Assembly: GCA_013239625.1 (NCBI GenBank)
Contig: MU054187.1
Location: 20,242,897-20,306,896, forward strand
Source of the DNA: Lama guanicoe
Lineage: Eukaryota
Direction of reading: 5' to 3'
DNA length: 64,000 bases
The stretch's first letter is position 1; each line of letters starts with the position of its first letter. A program made the translations under genes and the position numbers. Positions 37,541 through 51,523 of the stretch are shown here, in pieces. Under the pieces are notes generated by a model. That model had not been told where the DNA came from. It searched no databases and saw only the letters and a list, made by a program, of their open reading frames with translations.

Positions 37541-39689
37541 GATGATTCTAGAGTTTTTGATTAAGTATTAATAATTGCTGAGCTTGGCTAGTAGTACACT
37601 TTTTCATTAATAAACAGGCAAAATTGTTTTCTTTTTGTCTCTTAACCTCATCTTGAAACCTTTTACTTTTTCAAAGAGAAATTAAATTGTATTTCCAGTT
37701 CAATTATTTAATTTTTCATGCAGTATGTGAAAAACATTGTCTTGAATTTAATGTAACTCTGTGACATTTACAAAATATGTAGAATTTTTATTGAAAAGAA
37801 TAAGGATAAATTATCATTAGAAACATTAATATGTTTTATTTCATGAATTTTTGCTCATGCCAAATGATAGATAAAGGATAATGTTCTAAATATCAATGAG
37901 ATCATTAGCCAGTTGAAAATATAATGTATTATTGTTTATTACAATTCACTGAAGTTTTCTGCACCCAACAAATGTGAAAAATATTCACTGAAAACTCATT
38001 TGGTGATTTTGAGTTTGTTAATAAAGAAATGAAAATGAGTTTTCATTCCTATGACTTGAATAGATCGCTTTACACAAGGGACATATGTTTTCGTGTGCTG
38101 AGTGTCAAATTGACTCTTCTTGTCAATTTAGGAAATGAGTATTTGACAATTTACTACTGACCATCTGTTTCATGGACAGAATGGCAGGTGTTCCTATTTT
38201 GCTTTACCAAATCTTAATAATTTATTGGATAGTTTAATAACATTCTTGGAGATATAAAGCATTCTTATTATTTTGGTTTGCTAGTTAGAAAATATAGCAG
38301 TTTTTATTGGGAAATCCTACCTAATTCAATAATATGGTTATCTAACTTCAGTCAGCCTTGTTTATATGCAGAAAAGTAGATTTAACCATTTTTCAATGAA
38401 CATCTAATATATCTCAATTTTTAATAGAATATGAACTGGAAAAATAACATGACATCTGGCTGAATATAACTTCTCTGTATCTATATTTACATCTTTCACT
38501 ATTTCTTAATTATTTTGTTATTATCTGAGAGTTTTATCACAATATTTCACAACGTTTATAAATGTAAACTGTCATGCAGATAGCTCTCTGAAGAAGCAGA
38601 CACACAACAATGAGAATTTCTTTCCAGAGTACACTGAAATTTTACCTAATCACCAATGTTACTTTCAGAACATCAGTAACATTAAAATTTGCACTATCTT
38701 TTTAAAATTCATAATTTAACTAAACCATCTACTTCCTGAACATGTTATATACAACAGGATTTTTCACTAGCCATTCATTAAGATTAGAGTAATATTTCCA
38801 ACAATACAAAGTAATTTTACTCTTAATGGGCTAAAAACAGAGAGTCATCACAAAGGACTAAGAAAAGGATTTGCCTCAAGTACATATACTTAGGAGAAAT
38901 ATTACAGATAATCCTCTGGTAAAAGGCATCCTTTCTAGATTGGGAAACATACTGGCTCCTTGAGGGAAAACTTCGATGCAGTTCAACTGATATGTCTTTT
39001 ATTTGACTCACAATAGCATCCTTTGGTTAAAAGAAAAGAAAAAAAATTACCCCTGAGGACAGGTTAGATTTTGCTCCCTCTCTGAAGCTTTTAAATTGGA
39101 TGTTACAGTGACCATAATGATAGCATTAACTGCATTACCTAAGAGAGGGAAGATATAAATCATGCAAAATACGCATACATTAAAGCTTTATTTCAGGGAT
39201 TGATATAATGTAAAATAAAGGCAAAGATGACGTGACTTAAATTCATATCTATTCATTTGCTCTTATATAAGCCTTCTAACATAAAGAATGTTGCAATTCT
39301 GTTGCATATGTATAAACCAACAAGACGGTAAAATAACAAAATATTTTAAGATGAAATAAAACTGCTATGATTATGTCCAGAAAAGTAGTCAGCACGTATG
39401 GTTTGTCTTGTCCCTTAGCAGTTTTTTGTTTGTCTGTTTGTTAACATTAATCAATCTTAAAATGCCTGGGGAATCAGAGGCTGAGTTTCTAATTTATCTA
39501 TTATCCTCCATTGTTCTTGGCACACATTGGTAATGAACTGGCTGCAAGACTGGCAATTATACAGACTTTGATATATACATGAATTTACTCAAAGATCTGG
39601 TTGCAAAAGCATGAAGTAAGGGTGGCCACCACTTAGAAGAATAATGTGTATACACAGTATTTTAAAGAATAAGACATATTTAAACTTGG

Positions 39690-40445
39690 ATTTTTTTCAA
39701 TAATGTTCTCCTACACAAAAAAGATAGATTAATCATAGCTCTGTTACACTTGATTACCCCATCCCCTTTTATATTTGCTAAAACACTTTCAACAACATGT
39801 CATCTAAGTCTTAGATACTTAAATATCCATTATTGAAATGGTATTGAAATGAGTATTTTCTTACTTGACTATAGTTATTAACAAAATTAACAATAACTTT
39901 TTGGGTTATCTAATACCCAATCCATATTCAAATACCCATTGTGTTGGAAAAATGCTTTCATTTAACTGTTTTGTAAAAATCAGTTCCAAAACACTATCAA
40001 TACGTGTGGTTATTCTTTTTCAAATCCCTTTTAATCCACAGCTGCCCTTTTCTTTTTTTTTTTTTCTATCTCATTATCTTGTGAAAGTAACTGGGTTTGT
40101 GGTAGAAAAGCTTAGCTTCTGGATTAGTCTGTTGGCTCCCTTGAAATGTCATTAATGTCATTTCACTTGAGTTATTTCTCTATCCCTGTATTTGTAGACA
40201 ATTGAAAGTCACCTCTAAAGACATGAATAGATTCATGCTAAAGATTTTATTTTTATTTATTTTTAAAATTTTTACCAGAATCCTGCCAATTGGTGCTTGC
40301 TTCCTAGTGCAGTTCAGCAGGAGCCCTTAATGTCTGCTTATCCCACTCTCAGGAATACTAAGGAGTGACTGCTACCTACTCTGTAAAGCCCCACACTGTC
40401 TTTTTTTTTTCCTAAATATTTGCTTACTGAAGATCGTTACCTGAA
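39690..40445 (-). mobile_element. L1ME-like 3'UTR, highly decayed
   Basis: GTTATTAACAAAATTAACAATAACTTTT...ATCTAATACCCAATCCATATTCAAAT resembles antisense L1ME 3' ends. Confidence 0.55.
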
Positions 40446-41009
40446 TAAAACGTTTCATATAAACAGAGATTTGTATCTCTTACAAACTAATACTCCAAAC
40501 ATCTTGCAAAATCTCTGCATTAGGCACTCGGTCAAGATTTCCCCTTTCTCGACTATACAAGATAACAGTCTAATTGTCAACACCCATCCTCACCATGTAT
40601 TTACTTTATCAAATAATCAGACATGCACATATATCTGATACCTGGCAGGGACAGAGCAGTCCCCAATCTTTAAAATATGGTAATGTTTTATACCTCTCCT
40701 CAAACATAGACTTATTATTACCTTCTTAGATATCCCATCCAGAATGTTCACATGCCGTTTTATTATCTGCAAATTGCAATCTCACAAATTGGACCCTGGA
40801 CAAGGCTATTCTGGCATTGACTATTCTGACACATTTTTATAAGCTTATGGAGAAATCCACAGGTAATAATAAATATTGACCTTTCCTTTGCTGTACAGAG
40901 GTACAGCAGTAATTTATCAGCTAAGTCACCTGATGTAAACAGACACTCACCGGTAGGGGCTTTCAAATATCTTGCACCTCAATACACAATAAAATCAGGC
41001 ATGTTTATT

Positions 41010-41520
41010 AACTCATTCTTTAGTTCATCTAACTAATATTTATTGAAGTATTTAGGGTACCAGGAACTGGAAATACAAGGCACAATCACTTTCCTCAAGC
41101 TATCTGCAATGGAAGTGGTTGGTTGACAAGTAAAAAGGCAATTTGATATCAGTGTGATACATACTATAATAGGGGCAAGAGAAGTCTGTATTATGACAGC
41201 TGAATGAAGCACTGCGTCTAACTTTAGGAGACAAATGAGTAGCTTTCCTAAGGATGGAGTGTCTAGGCTAAGTGCTGAATACATGAGTTGAAGGAGTTAT
41301 GGGTAGTCTTGCAGGAATAGAGAATTGCAAATACAAACACCTGATAGGAGTTAAGTCATCCTGCTTTATGAGACAGAAAACGGTTTGCTTAGTCTTGCCG
41401 AAGACTGAATAAAAAATGGGGCATATAGAGATGAGGCTGAATGTGTTGAGTTATTTATTTTATTTTTCTGTAGCAATGTAGCACATCGAAACATTTTAAG
41501 CATTGGTCTAATTTTTATTT
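41010..41520 (-). mobile_element. L2 3' fragment
   Basis: CATTCTTTAGTTCATCTAACTAATATTTATTGAAG...CAGTGTGATAC...GCTTTCCTAAGGATGGAG...TTTTAAGCA. Confidence 0.75.
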
Positions 41521-42194
41521 GAGGAAAAAAATACACTATTTAGTATATGAAGAATTAATAATACTAGGAGCTAGAATTTATCTTAATTGACAACTAGCCA
41601 TTTTATGTAAGTACTGCCAAAAAGCAGGTTTAAGGATTAAGTATTTTCAAACAAAATACATTTGATTACCACCTACTTTTAGCTAAATTTTTAATATAAT
41701 GTTGTATAGTTAATTAAGACATGCAATCAGCTAGACATATACCTTGTGATGACATCATTTGGAGAGTACATAAATTCACTATACAGATCAAAATGAAAGT
41801 GTATGTCACAATGGTAATTTACTAAAATTATGGAAACAATCTTGGTTGTGTTTTTAATTTATTTTTTAACAACACATAACATTTACTGAACTTATTCCCA
41901 ATTTTTTCAATGTTAAAATTATAGTCTTTATTTTTTAAGGCTTTGAATCTTCAAGTTTTAATCACCCTTAAACATATACTGTGTGTAAAAGCCAAGCACC
42001 TGTTTTGCTTGTATGTTTTTGGATGTGAGATGTATCATACACTCCAAATTGCTTTTTCTGGAGAGACTCATGGCTCTGTCAGATCATCTTTCCATGCTCT
42101 TCCTCCAAGTAAAAGTAGGTTGCCTTTCATTTAAACAAATACATTATCTGGATTCCCACATATTATATTAGAAGATCTGAAGTTTATCTCGATT

Positions 42195-42329
42195 TTAGCT
42201 CCCTCTCATCTTTAAGTGATAAGAAAAGCTACCTTGTAAAGTTGTTGTAAGGATTAAAATAGAAAAAAAAATACAAGGAAAGTGTTTAGCATAGTGCTTT
42301 GCATAGAGTGATATTTTAACGAAAATTTT
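42195..42329 (+). mobile_element. MIR 3' half
   Basis: GTTGTTGTAAGGATTAAAATAGA...AAAGTGTTTAGCATAGTGC. Confidence 0.7.
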
Positions 42330-42331
42330 TA

Positions 42332-42660
42332 CTGTTGGTTTTCCATAACCATGGGTTCTGCATCAGTGGATTCAACCAAAATTAGATAATGGTATTTGAA
42401 AAGCAATTCCAGAAAGTTCCAAAAAGTAAAACTTGAGTTTGCCATGTGTAAAAACTATTTACACAGCATTTACATTGTATTATGTTTTATAAATAATCTA
42501 TCTAGAGATGATTTAAAGTCCATGTAGGGGAGGATGTACAGATGTTACATGCAAATATTATGCCATTTTATATAAGGGACTTGAGCATCCATGAATTTTG
42601 GTATCCTGGTTGGAGGGGAGGTTCTGGGAACCAATCCCCTTTAGATATGGAGGTTGTCTG
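42332..42660 (-). mobile_element. MER2/MER2B Tigger-family element
   Basis: TCTAGAGATGATTTAAAGT...GCCATTTTATATAAGGGACTTGAGCATCC...GGAACCAATCCCC, flanked by TA on both sides. Confidence 0.88.
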
Positions 42661-43562
42661 TATTTTATCATAATTATGATCATGATTATTTGTACATCAA
42701 AGGCTGTGATTTGCTGGAAACAGAATGGTTGTATTGCTAATATTGCTCAAGAAATGTGGTTCCAAATGCATTACCTTTTCAAACTCATTAATAGTTTGAT
42801 AGAGATAATATATATGAAAGATATTGTTTACAATATCTGATCTGTTTATCTTTCTAAATGAGGAATGGCACATACATTTTATCTCATATGGAAACTGAAA
42901 TCATTTAGTATTGGGCTGGCTAGAGCAACGTTGAGAAGGATTCTGAGGCCAGGCTCAATTTCCAAAGGAAACAGAATATATGAAAAATATGTTTTGTATA
43001 TATCATTATAGTGTCCAAATACTCCAACATGTAGACATGTATTAAGTAAAAAAAAAAAAAAGAATGAAACTACATACCTGAATTCCCTTATTTCAAAAAC
43101 AGAAGAATTAAGTTTGCTAAATTTATCTAAAACCTGACGCATTTTGCACTAAAACATAGGCATTTCCAAGAATAGTTCTAGATGACTCATTGTTATACTT
43201 ATTGGAAGAAAGTTTTATGAGAACATTGTTCAGACATTTCTACAATATTTAGCTTCATCAAAAGACCAAGGAGAAATGTCTTTCTCATCTTGTCACTCAA
43301 AGTGATTGGGCTTATTCTGAATAATTAAGTTGATTCTAGAAATCCTGTGAATGTTGATAATCCCTCCTTCCCTAAATTTTTACTGCTAGAAATTTTAGAG
43401 ACAATTTTTTTGTTTCAATGCTAGCAAACACATTAGAAAGTTTTTGCAAAATTATTTTTGCCTTGTAACTTCATTCTTGGCTTTATTTTCTATTTCTTAT
43501 GCATTTTGGCCTTTTTCTTGCTTTGCCTTTCCTCATTCTTTAAGTTCTCATTTCATTTTCTT

Positions 43563-43582
43563 GTGTGTGTGTGTGTGTATAT
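43563..43582. repeat. (TG)n microsatellite
   Basis: Directly visible. Confidence 0.85.
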
Positions 43583-45644
43583 GGCCTTAATGTTTCCTGG
43601 AAGAAGATAGTATTTTATAAATAAATGCAAAAGTAATAAATTTTAAATGCTTAGAAATTGTGGTACGGTCATTTTTTCCTATAGCATGGGTTTTGATAAC
43701 TTATAATGAAGACATTTTAAGTACTTATTATTTTTCAGTTACTTTTCTAGCTACTGGGGAACTGGCAGTGAACAAGAAGGACCCACTGCATAATTCTATT
43801 TTGTTGTATAAAATTAGCAATGTATGGTCCTGACATATAAGAATGACTTTCTTTGCAATTTGGAAGGAAATTCATAATTAAGGCATTCGGTCTCCTAATC
43901 TCTCTCTCTCACTATATAGTATTGCTACTTAGGTTAATTTTAGGAAAGTTGACTTCAAGTGCAACAAAAATGATACTTTGTAGATTTTTCTAGATTATAG
44001 TTCTTCAATAAATCTGATAAAGATTTAAATTAACTGGGATTTTTATTATTTTGTTTTACTTCAGTAATATTATGCTTCACCTGCATTAAAGCAAGCTAAG
44101 TAAGATTCTTACAACCTTGCCTTCTAATGTTACATTGTACTCTTACTTAAAATTCCAAAAGTTCCTTTTTGGTTGCATCTCAAATCCCAAATCACATGAG
44201 TTCTAACAGTCCGTGTCCCTCATTTTATAAATGTTAATATTTCTTAGGTCAAAACTGAACAAATAATCAAAACTTTATTCTTACTGTTATATAAATGAAG
44301 TTGATGATAACATTTATTCATTTACACCCTTTGTCATTTTTCTGTTGTGAATTAGAAAGGACTTATGAAGTAATGTGTTTAAGTGTAGACTTGAATAATA
44401 TCATTTTATCAGAGTAAAAATAAAATAATCACATGTGATGTGGAGAATCACTTGCTGATTATAATAACTTCATTCTTAGTGAGTTTGAAGAACGTTTCAT
44501 GTGTCTTTGAGGGACAATGTTGCAAATAGTAGGTGTAAAGTTGCTGCTGCAGGAGTGATCTAATAATGGTTGAAGTTAGAGAAATATTTCATTATTTAAT
44601 AAAAATAAATATTTCATTTATAATTCTATTGTAACAACTAAATGAAAAACCAGTCCTCATTTATTTGCAATATTACTATTATGCTAGCAATTTTTTCAAA
44701 GATGCAGTTACTAGCTGAACCTTGGATTTTGCACTGAAAATTGTTCTGTAGAGTGAATTGGAAGATTGCTACCTTGAATAAAAATACATTTCTGCCTTCC
44801 ATAAAACTAGTAGTTATGATTTCATCATAGCTACCTATAATTATCTAGTTCCTTTATTAACTCCTTAGTTTTACTTCTTTTTTTTTGCTTTATCACAACG
44901 AACATTTTTATTTCATGAAAACCACTCGTATTTTAACAGATACATGAATTTCACCGTATTAGCATACGTTCTTGAGTGATTTTTACAATTATCACATCAT
45001 TTAAAAAATTTATTCAAAAAGGTATTTGTTCAAAGGTATTTACCCAAAAAACTGTTATTGTGATAAATTTAATATATATCAAGAATGACAAGTAACGCTT
45101 TGGAATAGTGGGGAAGGTGGTCAGTCATAAAAGCTATTTTATGGAAATTACCTCCTACCAAGCATCAGACAAAGAAGGCAGGAACTGGTGAGTGAACCAT
45201 CTGAAAATATTGCTTCAGGAGGCAGTGAAACATGGTGGGATAAAGAAATCACAAAGAAACTCCTTGTTACTCTATATGCATTTAATTTTCCATTCAATTT
45301 TTCCATCCAATTTTTGCATATTGGAAACTATCATCTCTAAACTAGTGAAAGTAGATTATTTATTTTTCTTTGTATATATTTTTATATTTTTTAATTGCTA
45401 CTTTGATCAATTGTTGCCTTTGTAAAGAAAATAATATCAAAACTGTTCTCTTTCTAACAAACAGGCGTTTGCGCTTATCTGTGAGACATGCTTTCAGAGA
45501 GATTCCTAAAGTTAGAAAATTGCATTGTTACATTTGAAAAAGCTCTTTTCTAATAGAAAATTTGAATAGTCTATGTTTCTTTTTCCTGCAAAATAAAATC
45601 AGGAGAAAGAAGACATTTTTCTGTGGCCATCAGTGATGTGATTG

Positions 45645-45745
45645 TTTATTTATTCACTATTGTATCCAGGATTTTCACACTAGTACTATCCCGGATGCTG
45701 TGGGCACAATGGTCAGTAAGACAAATCTCTTAATCTTCAGCTTGA
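45645..45745 (-). mobile_element. L2 3' fragment
   Basis: TTTATTTATTCAC...GCTGTGGGCACAATGGTCAGTAAGACA. Confidence 0.5.
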
Positions 45746-46209
45746 TCAAAGTATGGAAAAATAGAGTTATGACAGAATTATATAAAGTATTAAAACACAC
45801 AGCCACAATAAAATGTATCATGCAAATATTACTTGATACCTTCTAGCTTGTTAATACATACCTATCAGAAATAAAGGTTAAAATAGTCTTCAACTTCAGT
45901 CACACATACATTTTTACTCCAGGCAAAACTACAGAGATAGAATTCTTTGAGTTAAACAAGATGTAATTAAATTTATCAATACATATGAATCTGATCTTTA
46001 AAAAGCCAACAGGAAAAGCAGAATTTGACTGTAGCTTTTTCACTAATACTTATAAAGAGTGCAAAAGACAAACAGGGAATGGTTACCATAGAACATAAGT
46101 TTTCATAGAGCTTATGGAGCTCTGGAATATCCTCCAACCAGGTGAAGCCATTCTTACTCCATGTTACTTGCACTTCAGTGTTTCCCTTTCACACCCTGTA
46201 AAGACATCA

Positions 46210-46325
46210 TTGTAGTGATGAGCTAAACTGTATCTCCTGGGCTATGTCACAGCTGTGTCTCCACTTTGAAGCACAGTTCCTAACATGTAGGAAGTGCTAA
46301 GTAAATATTAAATGACTGATTGATC
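46210..46325 (+). mobile_element. L2 3' end
   Basis: AGCACAGTTCCTAACATGTAGGAAGTGCTAAGTAAATATT...TGACTGATTGAT. Confidence 0.55.
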
Positions 46326-46719
46326 AGCAAAGCATCCAGTTAAAGTTTAAGACCTCTAGCACTAAAAACTGGCCAGATGCCTAAGTACCTTTTCTTGAAT
46401 CTCAGTTCATTCATACAAACCCATGATTAAAGTATGTCTTCCTATTGGAATTCCTTTAAGGGGAAAAAATTGTGACAACCATATAATCTGATAATCAAGT
46501 TTATCTATAGGAGAAATACTTACATGGCAGTAATAGTTCATACATCAAGCACTTCCAAAAGTAGTTGAGGTAAAGAAGATGTTAAGAGATCAAACATCTT
46601 TGCTTACAAAGGCTAAATTTCCTCTTGAATCTGCAGAGTCAAAGACCAGCTCTGGAGATGTTCCTGTAAAAATATTGTCACACTTCAGAGCCTTGATTCA
46701 GATACCAGCTTTATTTTAT

Positions 46720-46840
46720 ACACTTATTTTGGGTCAATGTCTATTTTGACAACTTGAAGAAAGCTATTGAAACTCTCATTAAGGAAAAAAAAAGTGTACC
46801 TGTATACACACACACACACATATATATATACATATGTACA
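46720..46840 (+). mobile_element. MER103C-like hAT fragment with (CA)n(TA)n
   Basis: TTTTGGGTCA...TTTGACAACTTGAAGAAAGCTATTGAAACTCTC, followed by the microsatellite. Confidence 0.4.
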
Positions 46841-47288
46841 TTTAATTGTGTGTGTTTGGAAGGGCTTTACAAATTCGCTGATTGTAATCTACAGAAAAGC
46901 CTTGATGAAACATCTTAGAAAATGTTGTTATTCAAAATGAGGCTACTTATCTTTCATTTGATGAATATCCCTTCAAAAACAATACTGCCTCAAAACTGTA
47001 AAACATGATGTAAGTGTGAGACTTGGGAGTTACTTTGCATACTGGGAAACTAGAGAAGCCAATGTGAATAATCAAGAATGAGCGTTTTCCATTTGCAAAT
47101 TCTTCTCTTGTGAACAGCTAACGCCAGCTCTAATGGTAATTGATCTAGAAACAGCATTTACAGCTTTTATTTATTGAATAATGCAGACTATATAGATTAG
47201 CTTGGGAAAGAAATAATTTCCATGAATAAGAAATAAGAAATAAGTTCAATGAATGTGAAATGTACTAAATAATTGGAGCACAGACAGT

Positions 47289-47672
47289 TGTTATGGGAAG
47301 AATTGGGCCCCTGCATCCCCAGTTTATAAACTGATGCTCTAACCTCTTCAGAATGTGACTGTATTTGGAGATCAGGCTTTGTAAAAGATAAATAAGGTAA
47401 AATGGGGTCATATGGGCCCTGATCCAATGTGACTGTGCTCCTTGTAACAACAGGGTATTAGGACCCTGAAGCACGAAAGGAAGAACAGGGGAAGGCAGGA
47501 TGAAAGACAGCCATCCACAAGACAAGAAGGGGGCTTTTAGAATAAGACAAACCCGATCAACACCTCGATCCGGGACTTCCAGACTCTAGAGCTGCGAGGA
47601 AGTACATTTCTGTTGTTTAAGCCACCCCATTGTGGTTCTTTGTTATGACGGCTTCAACAAACCAATTTGACA
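47289..47672 (+). mobile_element. MLT1B/C MaLR solo LTR
   Basis: TGTTATGG...CAGAATGTGACTGTATTTGGAGAT...GGACTTCCAGACTCTAGAGCTG...TTTCTGTTGTTTAAGCCACCC. Confidence 0.9.
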
Positions 47673-49043
47673 GCCTTTCCTTTTTCAGGTGAATAATCTA
47701 TTAAATAAATGATCATCACAAATATTAATGGAGGGTGATTCTGTTATTGGATATGAGCTAGCTCCTCAGATATTTTATAAAGCAGCCTAACATGTGCTTT
47801 CCCCACCCATGGAATATTTGCAAGTTGCAAGCAACATTAAATTCCACTCCCCCAAGATAGTAGAGTACCTAGTTTTATTCAAAACCCGCCCCCCCCAAGA
47901 GTCAGAAGAACAAGGTGGCTCCTTCTCTCTGTTGTGGTGGATTCCTTTAGCACAGCAGGACTTCCCTTGGACACAATGTTCAGAAATACGCTGAGAAATG
48001 GAAAAGGAGATTTATTTCTCTGGAGTTAAAGGAATACCTATTTATGTGCAAGAAAAAGGTGAAAGTATTGCCATAGAAACTAACCAGAAAAAAAAATTGC
48101 TAACTTTCTTTAAAGTCTCAAGATTACTTTCTTTGCCAGTTTCTTATAGATCTCTTGAGACAAAGGGGAATGCAGAGGACTTTATTGGTTTGCAATATTT
48201 CTTTAGATTTGTCACTTTGTGTTGTTTTAAATCTGCCCTCCAACTTATTTATGAAGGTGTCTTGAATTATTTGTGTCATTCCATTTGCTTAAGTCTACCT
48301 ACATTATTTCAAGGTTAATCTCTCTGAACTCATTAATGTTTGTGCTCAGAATAATCATTTTTGAAATCCCAGTTGTAGCCGAGAAGCTGCACCATTTCTT
48401 AATGTCTATCAGTTTCACATTTCTCTAGGGTTTTTTTTAGGAACTGTTAAGGAGATTGAAAATAGCAATGATTGTAATCACCTCTAACACTAGTCATTGC
48501 TTAAGAAAACATCTTCAACTATCAGACATTCCAATTTCTCTAGGTTCCCTGCAAAGAGCATATTCCAAAGAGTAACATCAATTTTTCCAGATGGGTTGAA
48601 AATCTACATTTAACATTTAACTCGTGAATTGATTTAACAAATTCTTACTAAATATCAATTTTTGCGTGAGGTTCTGGACCTTGAAATAGGAATATGAGAG
48701 AATTATCCCAGTCTCTGGCCTCAAAGAACAAAAACAATGGAAAGACAATAACAAACTGGCTGCCAGTATTTTAAAATATTGTGTGACATTTGAATTCTGT
48801 GTTATACTGTTAAACTGCAGGATGTGACTTCTTCTCAGTAGTCTAACTTTTTGTTATTAATATTATGAGATTTCATAAAGTAGCCTGACTTATAGTTGCC
48901 TTGATTTTCAAAGTATTTATAGCATAAATACTCTAGTTTCTCTATAGTAGTTAATTTTATAATCATAATAAGATTTATTTTCTCCCTTGAAAAAATGGAG
49001 AATATAATGCCTGTGAGCTTTTTTGGGGGGGATAAATAATACT

Positions 49044-49101
49044 ATATGTGAATATATGTATATATGTTGTGTGTGTGTGTGTATATATATATATAGTGTG
49101 T

Positions 49102-49132
<31 letters not shown>

Positions 49133-49135
49133 ATT
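49044..49135. repeat. Compound (TG)n/(TA)n microsatellite
   Basis: Directly visible. Confidence 0.9.
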
Positions 49136-49160
49136 CATGCACATTCACACAGTCACTACA

Positions 49161-49345
49161 TAGTGATGTTCTGGTAAGTGTTTAGCAACCAACTCTCCAG
49201 AAACAAAGGTGTGATATGTAGTGGTATTGATTTACAAGTTTAAGGATGACTAATTTCAAGTTATCAACATGACATCAACCAGTTTACAAAAATCTCTGGA
49301 AATCTAACAATTGATTCTTGGGATCCAGTACAAGCCCATGGTTGT
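49161..49345. mobile_element. MER63-family hAT-Blackjack element
   Basis: AGTGATGTTCTGGTAAGTGTTTAGCAACCAACTCTCC...ATTTCAAGTTATCAACATGACATCA...CCAGTACAAGCC. Confidence 0.7.
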
Positions 49346-51523
49346 GCTATGATCTAGCCACTTAGACTACCACTGTGACACAGGAGACGTTTGCTAAATT
49401 TTTTCCATAACTGAAATATGTATGCGTTTAGGAAGGAGGAATACGTTAAAAGTGATCTGCCCTTAATTTGTTTGTCTTAATGTGAAATAGGAGACTCTCT
49501 TCTGGTCACTCCCAACATTGGCTCCCCATCACTGCAGGGGTTGGGGTCAGGTGGAAAGCAGTAGAAAAGAAAAGTTTTCAATAATTAAATATAAAGTAGA
49601 AATGTTCTCAGTCCTTAAAGGGTGCGAAGTTGATAGGTAAATATTAAATGATGGATGTACTTATTATTAAGTAGGAATCCCAGTCAAAAAATTACTGTCT
49701 TAGTGTTGTTTGTTTTTTGCCAAAATTTTGGATTCTACCCTCTTCCAAGTGCCATGTGAAGCAGGTTGTAAGATAGAGCCTTTTGTTAGCAAGATAAATA
49801 GTACAAAGACTATTGTATACAGTCTTTTTGCTACAAGAAGAGTGAGTATTTGAGTTTATGTGTAAACAGATACAAAATAGCAGTAACAGGGTTTCATATA
49901 AGAAACGGCTGGGTTAGAGGTTTTAAGAAAAACTGACAATTAAGAAAGAGAAAACTATATTCTATGGGAAAAAGCAACCTAATTATTTTATTCTGGGACT
50001 TTGTTTTCCCTGAAAATACATTTGGGAAAACAAAAAAACCTAAAGAAACAAACATGTCCTGTGGAGAAAGCTATACCGTTATCTGTTCATGATACACTTG
50101 CATGTTTATAAATATGAAGCTAATGGGAAAGAGATGAAGAGGTTTCTGCCAACTGAGAGCCAGTTTGGTTTCCCAGCCATAAGCTTTTTTTCTGGCAGTT
50201 TCAGTGGAAGTAGAGACTAGGAATTGAAAGTTTCTCATCGTGTGGAAAAAAATGAATCCTGAGTCATGTAGCGGATTGGGAGAGGGACCATTTGAACGTA
50301 GCAGGGCAGCAGAGGACAGATCAAACATCGCTTAGCACGCACTCTATAAATTTCCTCTTTATAAAAAATAATCCCTGACCTTCCTACTCATCTGTCCCTC
50401 ATCTGTGGACCTTTAAAATCCTGTCCTGATTGCTCTCATTGCATTAATGAATGTTTATTAAAATTACTTTTTAAGTAGTGGGTATCCTGCGTTGGGATGA
50501 ATCCTAGGAGAGAATAAGGCTACTCATATGGGGAGTCTTGATGGAGGCTGTTTTCTAGCCAGGAGCACAATTCTGCTCCCCTCCCCATGTCTCCTCCTAG
50601 AGTCCATCACCTCTCTCTCTATAGATGCACGCAGATGCTAAGGCTAATGTCTGAGGGATGATACGACAGCACAGACCTCTGCCATGGTGAGCTGATGAAA
50701 CACGTATTGCCCTTAAAGTATCACCTCCACCTTGTGTCCTTCGAAACCCAGGGCTCATATACGAAAATTTAAGTACACTGTCTACTCTTCCTGGTTGTTT
50801 TTTCCTCGGGGTGCAAAGGCAAAACCCTACTCTACAGTCTTGACTGATAGACTAATTAGTAGTGGTTCTCTGACACCTGGGACACACTGCCCTAAATATT
50901 TAAATACCTTTTAACTCATTGGAAGGGACAAAAGCCAGACAAGTCTATTTTTCAGTCCTTCTACGACATTTGTCATTTTCAAAGTAACCAATGCCCTAAG
51001 GAAATGCAAGCTCAAACACAAATATCCCAGCTATCTCTGGAGGACAACCAATGTATGACGGGCACAACCTGCCAATTAATGTGTGATGATGAGAATTAGG
51101 CAACGATGGGTTCAAAAGCTTATTGCAGGTGTCTGTCCCATGCATTTTGTTTCTGCTTCCTCCCAGAGTCAGCCATAGCTTCTGCTGATTTTTTTGTAAT
51201 CACCTCATATTGAAGTTTCCCAAAATAAATCATAGTTTAACTACTTACATCTTCCTCATCTTGGCAATATCTCAGATATCTCTACAGCAATTGATTTCCT
51301 AAGAAATCAGCTTTGCTCATAGCATATTCTATCATCCATCAATATATTATATAGAATATATATTTGTGTGTGTATGTGTATGATGTATATGTAACTTTTA
51401 GACTAAAGACAGACAGAATGTGAATGAGGAAAGTAAGTAATACCCATGACATCTAAGATTACATGTTCAAACATGAAGATCATAGCTAAGTAAAGTAAGA
51501 AGATAATAGAATCAGGTCTTCTA

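Noticed and set aside
50677..50697. REST/RE1-like site (minus strand TCAGCTCACCATGGCAG)
   Set aside because: It needs indels in both half-sites relative to TCAGCACCnnGGACAG.
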